NCBI GenBank assembly: GCA_040005235.1
Contig: JBDTZG010000036.1
Coordinates: forward strand, 1 to 54,403
DNA from: Acidobacteriota bacterium
GTDB taxonomy: Bacteria > Acidobacteriota > Thermoanaerobaculia > Multivoradales > UBA5704
Length of the DNA stretch: 54,403 nucleotides
Reading direction: 5' to 3'
Part shown: piece after piece, positions 1 to 8,447 of the stretch
Position numbering within the stretch: the stretch's first letter is position 1
Layout: each line of letters starts with the position of its first letter
Program-made: the position numbers and the translations under genes
Notes under the pieces: generated by a model
Database searches by the model: none
Told to the model about the DNA's origin: nothing
The model's input: only the letters and a program-made list of their open reading frames with translations

Positions 1-1496
1 CGCGCGGTGACGTAGGGCTCGACCTCTTCGAATAGCGGCAGGTAGTCGCGGGCGAAACGGGGATCGGCGTCGAATTTGGCGCGCAGGGTCCAGTATTGGT
101 GGGCGTGGATGAAGGTGGGACGCAGGGTTAGGAAGACATAGTCGTGGAAGGCCCGATCGTTCTTGCCCAGGGTTTTGGCGATCGTTGGGTTGCAGAGGCC
201 GCCAAGGTCGTAGACCGTCAGGCGGGAGCGCCACAGGGTGCCGCCGACATCGGGGACGAGGATCGAGCCCTGATGAATTTGGAGCTGATCGGCGAAGCGG
301 TTGTAGGTCCGGCCGTACCTCTGCTCGACGGTGGCGAACGGGACGGTGGGATCGACCGAGAATCGGATCGAGCGCGGAATCATCGAAGTGAGGGTGAAGG
401 CGACCAGGGCGACCGCGAAGATGGTTGCGGCCAGAGGCCGGCGGTTCGGGGGAAGGAGACTCCCAACGTCGCTCGCGAGGACGGCTAAGAACGCCAGGGC
501 CGCGGGGAAAAACGGGGTGGCGAAGCGCAGCTCGGGCATCCAATCGGGCGGCAACAGCAGGAAGGGAAGAATGCCGAAGAGAACGGCTTCCCCAAGGACG
601 AGCGTCTCTCGCCGGAGTTTGCGGCGTTTGAAGAGGATGCCGATCGCGGCGAGCGTTGCGAGGGCGATCCAGGAGCCGGGCATTCCGAACGTCACCTTCA
701 GAAGTCCGAGCGCCCGCCCGAGCGGCGTGGCGTCGAAACTGGCTTGGCCGAAAATCGAGCTGAGCTTCGGCCCCCCTTTGGCGTAGTAGGTGTTCGGCAG
801 CCAGGCTCCGAACCAGGCGAGGCGCATCGCCTGGTGCAAACCGACCGGCACCGCGAAAGCCGCGAGATAGATCCCCAAGCGCGCCATGCGCCGGTTGAAG
901 GAGAGCGCCACGGCCAGCGGAAAAAGCGGCGCGAACAGGATCCCTTCCGGCCGGGTGAGGGCGAGCCCTGCGGCGGCGAGCCCTGCCGCGGTTGGCATCT
1001 GCCATCCTTCCGTCTCTCGGACGGCGCGCAGCGAGAGGAGAACCAGGCCGGTGAACAGGAAGCCGTACAGCGGGTTTTCGAGCCCGGAGACCGACCAGAT
1101 GGCAAACCCGCTTTGGGCGGCCAGGAGACCGAGGGCGAGCAGCGAAAGTCCGGTGCCGACCCCCGCTCGGGCAAGCAGGCGGTCGAGCAGCGCGAAGGTG
1201 CCGAACGACAGGGCGAACGAGAGAATCTTCGGCGTCCAGAGCGGATCGAACAGCCGGAAGAGCGAAAAACCGGCGAGCAGAAACACCCAGAGCGGATTCG
1301 AGTAGCCCTCGACCGGCAGCGCGCCGGGCTGGGCGACCAGGCCGTGGCCCAGCGCCAGGTTTCTCGCGTAGGCGAAGGAGATTCCCGCGTCGTCGATCTG
1401 CCAGGCGCCGAACATCGCGGCATGCAGGGCGAAGAGGGCGCAGGCGGGGAGGATCACCGGCCAGCGGAACTTCTGGAGGTCGGGGGTCGGGTTCAT
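1..1496 (-). CDS. GT-C-type integral membrane glycosyltransferase-like protein (3' end truncated by window edge)
   Basis: Absent from the ORF track because it runs off the window; translated by hand from ATG at 1496 (ATGA overlap with the lpxL stop): MNPTPDLQKFRWPVILP...QIDDAGISFAYARNLALGHGLV...VEGYSNPLW...SGLENPL...LTRPEG...LPNTYYAK...DWMPELRF. Many TM segments, with a DD motif after TM1 typical of polyprenyl-phosphate-sugar-dependent GT-C enzymes. Confidence 0.75.
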   Translation of the reverse strand, partial: MNPTPDLQKFRWPVILPACALFALHAAMFGAWQIDDAGISFAYARNLALGHGLVAQPGALPVEGYSNPLWVFLLAGFSLFRLFDPLWTPKILSFALSFGTFALLDRLLARAGVGTGLSLLALGLLAAQSGFAIWSVSGLENPLYGFLFTGLVLLSLRAVRETEGWQMPTAAGLAAAGLALTRPEGILFAPLFPLAVALSFNRRMARLGIYLAAFAVPVGLHQAMRLAWFGAWLPNTYYAKGGPKLSSIFGQASFDATPLGRALGLLKVTFGMPGSWIALATLAAIGILFKRRKLRRETLVLGEAVLFGILPFLLLPPDWMPELRFATPFFPAALAFLAVLASDVGSLLPPNRRPLAATIFAVALVAFTLTSMIPRSIRFSVDPTVPFATVEQRYGRTYNRFADQLQIHQGSILVPDVGGTLWRSRLTVYDLGGLCNPTIAKTLGKNDRAFHDYVFLTLRPTFIHAHQYWTLRAKFDADPRFARDYLPLFEEVEPYVTA

Positions 1497-2419
1497 TCCG
1501 CGGGCTCTCGCACTTCCGCCGCGGTGGGCAAACCGCCTTTCGGCATCCGCCAACGATCGTGCATCCAGAGCCATTCGGCGGGATGCTCGCGGATTTCGCG
1601 TTCGGTCGTTTCGAGGTAACGGCGGGTCAGCTCGGTGATGGCCGCATCCCCTTCCCCCTCGGGAAAGATCGGCGGCCGGGCCACGAAGCGATAGCGGCCG
1701 TGGGGCTCGGCGAACGCGAAGATCGGCAGGACGGGGGCTCCCGTGCGCAGGGAGAGCCGGGCGACCACGGGGCTGGTGAGCGCGGGGTGGCCGAAGAACG
1801 GGACCAGGATCCCCTCCTGCGGCTGGACTCTTTGATCGATCAGGATGCCCACCCGCTCGCGGGCGCGGAGCACCTGGATCATCCGGCGGGCGGCGCCTCG
1901 CTTGTGGATCACGGCGTATCCGAACCGCTCGCGGATGCGCTTCAGCTCGGTTTCCAGGTGGGGGTTGTCGGTGGGTCTCGCGATCGTGTGGATGGTGCCG
2001 CGGTAGAGGCCGATCGGCCGGGCGGAGAACTCCCAATAGCCGAGGTGGCAGCCGAGGATGAAGACCCCTTTGCCGGCCCGTTCGGCTTCGTCGATGTGCT
2101 CCCACCCCTCGTACGAAAAGCGCTCGCAGAGCTGGTCGAGGCGAAAGCGGTCGGCCGAGATGGCGTCGCACACCGCGCCGCCGAAATGGCGAAAGCACTC
2201 CCCGGCCAGGCGGCGGTGTTCGTTCGGAGGCAGATCAGGGAAGGCGATCGCCAGGTTCTTCTCCGCGATCTTCCGGTGCCGCCGGTCGATCCGGCCCGCG
2301 AGGCCTCCGATCGCGCGGCCCACCGATCGGGCCGCTTCGTGGGGCAGGGCGCGCAGCAGACCGCGGACGGAGAGAAACGCCGCCTGCTCGATCCGGTGGC
2401 GGATGGGGGAGTCCTTCAC
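1493..2419 (-). CDS. lpxL: Lipid A late acyltransferase (LpxL/HtrB family)
   Basis: HLGYWE (HxxxxE) acyltransferase motif, ILIDQ, VPFFG, and C-terminal WLWMHDRWR; lies in an operon with lpxK and waaA. Confidence 0.9.
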   Translation of the reverse strand: MKDSPIRHRIEQAAFLSVRGLLRALPHEAARSVGRAIGGLAGRIDRRHRKIAEKNLAIAFPDLPPNEHRRLAGECFRHFGGAVCDAISADRFRLDQLCERFSYEGWEHIDEAERAGKGVFILGCHLGYWEFSARPIGLYRGTIHTIARPTDNPHLETELKRIRERFGYAVIHKRGAARRMIQVLRARERVGILIDQRVQPQEGILVPFFGHPALTSPVVARLSLRTGAPVLPIFAFAEPHGRYRFVARPPIFPEGEGDAAITELTRRYLETTEREIREHPAEWLWMHDRWRMPKGGLPTAAEVREPAE

Positions 2420-3552
2420 TCTTGCCCCTCCGGCCCGCCGTCTTGGGGATCACGGTTTTCGGGATCGCCTTCTTCGAGATCGCCTTCTTCGAGATCGCCC
2501 GGGCTGGAGGTTCCGAGGCTGCGCTTCCGGCTTTCGATTCCGGCGAGCGCTTCGTCCAGCCAGGGCCAGAACGCGGGCTCGGGCTCTGCCCGCACGGGCA
2601 ACTCGGCGAGCGGGGCGGCGAGGCGACCGCGCAACTTCACTCCGTCTTTGGTCGTCGCGAGCACCGCCTGGGCACCGCTTTCGGCGAAGGCTTTTTGGAT
2701 TTTCGCCAGACTCGCGTCCGGGTAAGCGAAATGATCGCCGAAGCGCAGCTCGCCGCGGATCTCGTAACCGAGCGTCCGCGCGGTCTCGGCGAACGACCCG
2801 GGACGCGCGATCGCCGACACCAGGAAGACCCGCGCGCCGGGAGGCAAGATGCGCCCGTCGGGAAAGCGCGGCGCGCCGGGGAGGGTGCGGCTGGCGAACC
2901 CCGGTCCGACAAAGCCGTACGGCCGAAGCGCCTGGGCCAGCTCCGCGCCATGGCCGAGGGGACCCGAAGACCCGGTGAGCAGGACTGCGTCGGCTCGTGC
3001 CGAGGCGGAGAGCGGCTCGCGAAGTCGGCCGCCCGGCAAGAGCTTCCCTCCCGCGAACGGATCGGCGGCGGGGAAAGCGAGCAGATCGAGGTCGCGGCGA
3101 AGCGCGAGGTGGGAAAACCCGTCGTCGAGCAGAAAGAGATCGGGAGGGGGAGCGAGCCGCCGGAGCGCCTGGAGCCCGGCGTACAGCCGGTCGGGGCCGA
3201 CCACTACCGCGACACCGGGCAACTCGGCGGCGAGCAGCACCGGTTCGTCCCCTGCGAGGTGTGGCGGGAGAAGCGGTCCTCCCCCGTCGCTAACGATCCG
3301 CACGCCGCGCCCCTGGCTCGCATAGCCCCGGGAGAGGATGCAGACCCGCCGACCCTGGTCGCGAAAATGCGCGGCGAGCGCGGCGGTTAGCGGCGTCTTG
3401 CCCGAGCCGCCGAAATGAAGATTGCCGATGCTCACCACCGGACGGGGCAGTCGACCGGCGCGCTCGGTCCACCAACGCCCGCGCAGCCGATGGGCGGCGC
3501 CATAGGCGCGCTGCCAGAGCGAGGTCGGTGGGGGCGGGGTCGGTAGGCGCAT
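2416..3552 (-). CDS. lpxK: Tetraacyldisaccharide 4'-kinase
   Basis: VVSIGNLHFGGSGKTP P-loop, ILSRGY, GDEP, LLDDGFSH, PGGRLREP, FGDHFAY and TTKDGVK motifs. Confidence 0.95.
   Translation of the reverse strand: MRLPTPPPPTSLWQRAYGAAHRLRGRWWTERAGRLPRPVVSIGNLHFGGSGKTPLTAALAAHFRDQGRRVCILSRGYASQGRGVRIVSDGGGPLLPPHLAGDEPVLLAAELPGVAVVVGPDRLYAGLQALRRLAPPPDLFLLDDGFSHLALRRDLDLLAFPAADPFAGGKLLPGGRLREPLSASARADAVLLTGSSGPLGHGAELAQALRPYGFVGPGFASRTLPGAPRFPDGRILPPGARVFLVSAIARPGSFAETARTLGYEIRGELRFGDHFAYPDASLAKIQKAFAESGAQAVLATTKDGVKLRGRLAAPLAELPVRAEPEPAFWPWLDEALAGIESRKRSLGTSSPGDLEEGDLEEGDPENRDPQDGGPEGQE
2462..2498. repeat. Short 15-bp tandem repeat in the lpxK C-terminal tail (GDLEE-GDLEE-GDPEN)
   Basis: gatcgccttcttcga occurs twice, followed by a partial third copy; in frame. 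Confidence 0.7.
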
Positions 3553-3562
3553 GCGCTGGGCG

Positions 3563-4876
3563 TCAGGTCGCGGCGGATTCGGAGAGGCCGATCAGCGGCC
3601 GGATCATGTCGAGGGTGCGCGCGACGGCGCCGCGATTTTCTTCGACCAGGCGGGCGCCGCGCCGTCCGAGGTTCCTCGCCGCTTCCGGGTCGTCGAGCCA
3701 GGCGCGAAACGTCGCGCCAAGATCATTGGCATCGGCCGCCCGGCGCCAGGCGGAGGAACCGTCGAAGCGCGCGGCCATTTCGGCGAAATTGTGCATCGAC
3801 GGACCAACCACCACCGGTACCGCGAAACGCGCCGCTTCCAGAGGATTATGGCCGCCGGTCGGGACGAGAGTACCGCCGATGAAGGCGGCCGAAGCGATTC
3901 GATAGAGGCCGGCCAACTCGCCGAGGCTGTCGAGTAGCAATACGGCGGGGGCAGGCAGCGCCGCGGCTGGGGTATCCAGGGAGGTCCGGCGCAGCCACTT
4001 CCGGCCTGAGACGTCGAGGAGAGTCCCCACCTCCCCCCAGCGCTCGGGGTGGCGCGGTGCCAGGATCAACAGGGCGTGCTCTTCGAGCCCGGCGGTCGCC
4101 GCCAGCAGAGCCTCTTCCTCGCCGGGCATGGTCGAGCCGGCGATCAGGATCGAACGGCCGGCCGCCAGCTTGGTGACCGCGGCGGAAAGCTCCGGCGCGA
4201 GGCCCGGCTCCGGCGTGTCGTATTTGAGGTTGCCGGTCACCGCGATCCGTTCGGGGGGGACGCCGAGGGCGATCAGCCGGTCGCGATCGATCTCCGATTG
4301 AACGCCGAACCGATCGACCGCTCCGAGCAGGCGGCGGGCGAGCGGGGCGATCCGCCGCATCCGCCCGAAGCCTTTGTCGCCCACCCGGCCGTTGGCGACC
4401 AGGACCGGAAACCCGCGCCGCTTCGCCTCGGCCAGCAGCAGCGGCCAATAGTCCCCTTCGAGCAGCACCAGGGCGCGCGGCGGGCCGGAAGGGAAGGTCC
4501 GGGCGAAGAACCGATCGATCGCCATCCCCAGATCGAACGGCAGGTAGGTGACGGTCGCCCGGCCGGCGAACGCGGCCCGGGCGCGCTCTTGGCCGGTCGG
4601 GGTGATCGTAGTGACGACAAGAGGCAGATCGGCCGGCAGCTCCCGGGCGAGCGTCGCGGCGACCCCGGCCTCGCCGACCGAGACGGCGTGGAGCCATAAG
4701 CTGCCTTTGCCGAAGAGCGCCGCCGGGGGTGAGGGCTGTAGGGGCCGGCCCCCTCCGAGCCGGCCGGCGAGCGTGGGCCAATAGTGGCCCCCCCGTCGCA
4801 AGAGCAGGATCGGGCCGGCGAGGAGGAGGGCGAGCCCCATCCCCAGCTGGTAAAGCCACCACTTCGGGGAGCGCAT
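3563..4876 (-). CDS. waaA: 3-deoxy-D-manno-octulosonic acid (Kdo) transferase
   Basis: WLHAVSVGE, TITPTG, YLPFD, GNLKYD, APRHPER, GGHNPLE and GPSMHNF motifs. Confidence 0.95.
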   Translation of the reverse strand: MRSPKWWLYQLGMGLALLLAGPILLLRRGGHYWPTLAGRLGGGRPLQPSPPAALFGKGSLWLHAVSVGEAGVAATLARELPADLPLVVTTITPTGQERARAAFAGRATVTYLPFDLGMAIDRFFARTFPSGPPRALVLLEGDYWPLLLAEAKRRGFPVLVANGRVGDKGFGRMRRIAPLARRLLGAVDRFGVQSEIDRDRLIALGVPPERIAVTGNLKYDTPEPGLAPELSAAVTKLAAGRSILIAGSTMPGEEEALLAATAGLEEHALLILAPRHPERWGEVGTLLDVSGRKWLRRTSLDTPAAALPAPAVLLLDSLGELAGLYRIASAAFIGGTLVPTGGHNPLEAARFAVPVVVGPSMHNFAEMAARFDGSSAWRRAADANDLGATFRAWLDDPEAARNLGRRGARLVEENRGAVARTLDMIRPLIGLSESAAT

Positions 4877-5013
4877 GCGGCGGGGAGTATAATGACCCGC
4901 TCAGGCGGAAGGGTGGCCGTGGGACAGGCGATGGGTGGGAGAGGACGGGTGGGCGGCGATAAGACCGCGCCGCCGCCTAGACACCCCGGCCGACTACTCC
5001 GTAAGAACTCTCG

Positions 5014-5676
5014 ATGCTAAGGCTCGTCCACTCCAATCCGACCCCCCGGCCCGCCCCTCGCTGGTCCGAGGCGACCGATCGGGAACTTCTTCTCGGCCTC
5101 CGCGGCGGGGACGAAGCCGCCCTGTCCGAGCTGATCGGCCGCAAGACCAAGCCGTTGCTCCAGCTCACCCAGCGAATTTTGGGCGATCTCGAAGAGGCGC
5201 GCGACGTCGTTCAGGTGACCTTCTTCCGGGTCTGGGAGCACCGGGCGAAGTTCGACGAACGGTGGAGCCCGAACACCTGGATCTACCGCATCGCCTCGAA
5301 TTTGGCGATCGACCACCTGCGCTCGCGGAAGAGCCGCGAAAAGAGCACCGAGCCGGTCCGTCAGCACATGCGCCAGGCGGCCGATTGGCGCTCGCAGAAG
5401 GACATCTCCCGTCTCCAGCAGACGGAGGTCGCCGGAATCTTCAAAGAGCTGTCGGACGAGCTGACCGAAAAGCAGCGAATGGCGTTCCTGCTCCGCGAGG
5501 TCGAGGGACTGTCCTCCCAAGAGGTGGCGGAAATCCTCGACTGCCGCGAATCGACCGTGCGCAACCACCTGTTCAACGCCCGGAAGCTGCTTCGCAAGAC
5601 GCTCCTTGCGCGCTATCCGGAGTACGCCGCGCGCTATGCCTCCGACCCGAACGTCGGCGAAGAGGTGTCCGCATGA
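5014..5676 (+). CDS. ECF (sigma-70 group 4) RNA polymerase sigma factor
   Basis: Region 2: EARDVVQVTFFRVW...TWIYRIASNLAIDHLR. Region 4: LTEKQRMAFLLREVEGLSSQEVAEILDCRESTVRNHLFNARKLLR. Confidence 0.93.
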   Translation: MLRLVHSNPTPRPAPRWSEATDRELLLGLRGGDEAALSELIGRKTKPLLQLTQRILGDLEEARDVVQVTFFRVWEHRAKFDERWSPNTWIYRIASNLAIDHLRSRKSREKSTEPVRQHMRQAADWRSQKDISRLQQTEVAGIFKELSDELTEKQRMAFLLREVEGLSSQEVAEILDCRESTVRNHLFNARKLLRKTLLARYPEYAARYASDPNVGEEVSA

Positions 5677-6287
5677 GCGCCTGCCCGAATTGGCGTGAGC
5701 TGCTCGCTCCCCGGTTCGAGCGCTCCCCGAACGCCGAGCCGGAGGGGCTGGCGGAAGCCCTGGCCCATTTCGACGCCTGCCCGGCGTGCCGCCGCGAAGC
5801 GTGCCGGGTCGATCCGACCCTGGTCTTCCGCCGCCTGCCGGCCGCGGAGCTCGATTTCGATCTCGAAGCCGAACGGATGATGCTGGCGGTCGCCGGAATG
5901 CGCGCTTCCGAACGGGTCGAGCGGGTCGAAGGCCGGGCCGCGACGCTTTCTCGGCATCCGCTCTCTCATCCGATCTCCCGCCGACTGCGCGGCCAGGGCC
6001 TGCGCTGGGCGCTCGCCGCGGGTCTCGCCGGGGCGTCCCTGCTGCTGGGCGGCCGGGGCGAGTGGGCGGCCAATCCCGCCGATTCCGCCGGCCGGCCGCA
6101 GGACGCGGCCCCTCTCGCAGCATCGGACGGGGCGGGCGGGGGCGGGGCGATGCCGGCCCGGTTCGAGGCTCCCGCCGCGGTCGAATCGGCGGTCGAAGAT
6201 CTGGGCCGGCCCGATGCCCGGATCTACCAGCTCGACGGCGAACGGCTCTCGGTCGTGATGATCGTCGACGAGAAGCTGGATGTCTGA
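5673..6287 (+). CDS. Zinc-binding (ZAS/zf-HC2-type) transmembrane anti-sigma factor
   Basis: ATG at 5673 overlaps the sigma stop (ATGA). HxxxCxxC motif (HFDACPAC), one TM helix (WALAAGLAGASLLLG) and a small periplasmic C-terminal domain. Confidence 0.85.
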   Translation: MSACPNWRELLAPRFERSPNAEPEGLAEALAHFDACPACRREACRVDPTLVFRRLPAAELDFDLEAERMMLAVAGMRASERVERVEGRAATLSRHPLSHPISRRLRGQGLRWALAAGLAGASLLLGGRGEWAANPADSAGRPQDAAPLAASDGAGGGGAMPARFEAPAAVESAVEDLGRPDARIYQLDGERLSVVMIVDEKLDV

Positions 6288-6357
6288 TTCGCCGCTTCGT
6301 CGAGACGACAGGGCGGGTCTTCCAGTAAAATTTCAGGACCGACCGAAAGTATCCTCT

Positions 6358-7146
6358 ATGAACCTCCGTCGCCGTTTCGTCGCGGGCCTGCTCCTGGCCG
6401 TCGCCCTGCCGCTCGCGCAGCATGCGCTGGGCTCCGGCCGGGCCTCCGCGCAAACGGCGGCCCAGGGCCAGGCGCGGCGGCCGGTCTCGGCGGCGTTGTC
6501 CGGCGGGTCCGGGTCTCCGGGGCTCACCCTCCACGCCTATACCTTCGTGCATCAGCCGGCGAGCGAGGCCCTGGCCTTGATTCATCCGCTGCTCTCGGAG
6601 CGCGGCACGGTGGAGCTGCAACCGGCCGACAACACGATCGCGATCCGCGACACCCGGGCGGTGATCGCCCGGATCATGCCGCTGCTGCGCGCATTCGATC
6701 ATCCCGTCCGTGGGCTGTCGGTCGAGGTGATGATCGTCAAGGCGAGCCGGGCGGTAATGTCGCCGCCGGTCAGCCATTCGGATCTCCCTCCCGATCTGAC
6801 CCGCCGCCTGCGCAGCCTGCTGCCGTACGACATCTACGACCTCGCGGCGCGCGCCGACCTCGCCACCTCGGAAGGGGAGGCGGTCGCCTACGATCTGGGC
6901 CAGGATTTTCAGGTGAGCTTTAGGGTCGGCACCGTCCATGCCGATCGCAGCATCCGGCTCGCCGAGTTTCTGGTCCGGCGCTCCGGCCGGGGCGTCGGGG
7001 CTGCGGCCAAGCCGAAGCCGCTGATCTTCACCAATCTGAACCTAGCCCTCGACCAGAACATCAGCCTCGCGCTCGCCAAGAGCGAGGAGAGCCGCGAGGC
7101 GCTGATGATCGTCTTGACGGTTCGCGCAGTCGATCGGGAGCCCTAG
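6358..7146 (+). CDS. Exported protein with a Secretin_N (N3/NolW-like) domain and no secretin barrel
   Basis: Signal peptide MNLRRRFVAGLLLAVALPLA. Segment YTFVHQPASEALALIHPLLSERGTVELQPADNTIAIRDTRAVIARIMPLLRAFDHP matches the Secretin_N pattern. Start could alternatively be 6280. Confidence 0.65.
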   Translation: MNLRRRFVAGLLLAVALPLAQHALGSGRASAQTAAQGQARRPVSAALSGGSGSPGLTLHAYTFVHQPASEALALIHPLLSERGTVELQPADNTIAIRDTRAVIARIMPLLRAFDHPVRGLSVEVMIVKASRAVMSPPVSHSDLPPDLTRRLRSLLPYDIYDLAARADLATSEGEAVAYDLGQDFQVSFRVGTVHADRSIRLAEFLVRRSGRGVGAAAKPKPLIFTNLNLALDQNISLALAKSEESREALMIVLTVRAVDREP

Positions 7147-7151
7147 ACTCT

Positions 7152-8396
7152 ATGCAGTTCGTCTGTCGGGTCGGGACTCCGGACGGCCGGGTCATCGAGG
7201 AGATGGTCGTCGCAAGCGACGAGGCCGCCCTGCGCTCGGAGCTGACCAAGCGCGGCCTGCATCTGTTCGAGGCGCGGCGGCGCGGGCTGCCGGCGAGCGC
7301 GGGTACCCGGGGGATCGGCTCGCGCCTGGGCCGGCGGAAGAAGATCGCCGTGCAGGAGTTTCTGGTCTGGAACCAGGAGCTGGCTGCGCTGCTCAAGGCC
7401 GGCCTGCCGCTGCTCCAGGCGCTCGACCTGATGCTCGAACGGATGCAGAACGCGACGTTCCGCGAGGTGCTGGGCGACATCCGCGACCGGGTGAAAAGCG
7501 GCGAGGAGCTGTCCGACGCCTTCGCCATCCACGGCGAGCTGTTCCCGCGGCTCTATCCTTCCGCGCTCAAGGCGGGCGAACGAAGCGGCGAGCTCGAACA
7601 GGTGATCCGCCGTTTCGTCCGCTACCTGAAACTGGTGCTCGATGCGCGCAAGCGGGTGATCTCGGCGCTGGTCTATCCGGTGGTCCTGATTTGCCTGTCG
7701 ATCGCGATGATCGCGGTGATGGCGGTCTTCGTCGTGCCGAAGTTCGAGGTCTTTTTCGCCGACATGGAGGTCGAGCTGCCACTGATCACCCGGATCACGC
7801 TCGGCCTCTCCCATTTTCTCAATCAAAAAACGCTGTTCGTCTGGCACTGGGCGTGGATCCTGCTCGGGGTCATTGCGCTGGGGATCTCGCTGCGCAAGTA
7901 TGCGCAGACCCCGGCGGGCCGAATCCGGGTGGACGGCTGGCGGCTGCGCATCCCGTTGCTCGGCCCCGTGTTCCACCGCTTCGCCCTGTCGGAGTTCTGT
8001 CGCTCGCTCTCCACCCTTCTGACCGGCGGAATTCCGCTGGTTCCGGCGCTCGAAATCGCTACCGCGAGCGTCTCCAACGCGGCGGTGCGGGCGAAAATCG
8101 AGCCGCGCATCCAGATGGTGCGCGAAGGGCGGCCGTTCCACGCCGCTTTGGAAGACAGCGGCGTGTTCACCGACATGTCGATCGACATGGTAAAAGTCGG
8201 CGAGGCGACCGGCGCGCTCGACGAGATGCTCTCTTCCGTCTCCGATTTCCTCGACGAACAGGTCGAGGTGCGGATGCAGCGGTTGCTCTCGCTGGTCGAG
8301 CCGATGATGCTCGTGTTCATGGGGATCATCATCGGACTGCTGTTGGTGTCGATCTATCTGCCCATGTTCAGCTCGCTCGGTCAGAGCAAGTTCTAG
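7152..8396 (+). CDS. pilC: PilC/GspF-family inner membrane platform protein
   Basis: QELAALLKAGLPLLQAL, GERSGEL, ALVYP, MVKVGEATGALDEML and LVEP...IYLPMF motifs. Confidence 0.92.
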   Translation: MQFVCRVGTPDGRVIEEMVVASDEAALRSELTKRGLHLFEARRRGLPASAGTRGIGSRLGRRKKIAVQEFLVWNQELAALLKAGLPLLQALDLMLERMQNATFREVLGDIRDRVKSGEELSDAFAIHGELFPRLYPSALKAGERSGELEQVIRRFVRYLKLVLDARKRVISALVYPVVLICLSIAMIAVMAVFVVPKFEVFFADMEVELPLITRITLGLSHFLNQKTLFVWHWAWILLGVIALGISLRKYAQTPAGRIRVDGWRLRIPLLGPVFHRFALSEFCRSLSTLLTGGIPLVPALEIATASVSNAAVRAKIEPRIQMVREGRPFHAALEDSGVFTDMSIDMVKVGEATGALDEMLSSVSDFLDEQVEVRMQRLLSLVEPMMLVFMGIIIGLLLVSIYLPMFSSLGQSKF

Positions 8397-8447
8397 TCGT
8401 TTGGACGCTTTGTCGGTCTCCTGCGTTTCTAGGTTCGAGGTGAAGGA

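Noticed and set aside
4935-6287. 450-aa version of the anti-sigma ORF (likewise extended starts 9782, 10507, 23908, 27770, 36433, 38022, 40518, 41069, 43731, 47571)
   Set aside because: The extensions overlap upstream genes or the riboswitch leader region; internal starts with stop/start coupling or an RBS fit better.
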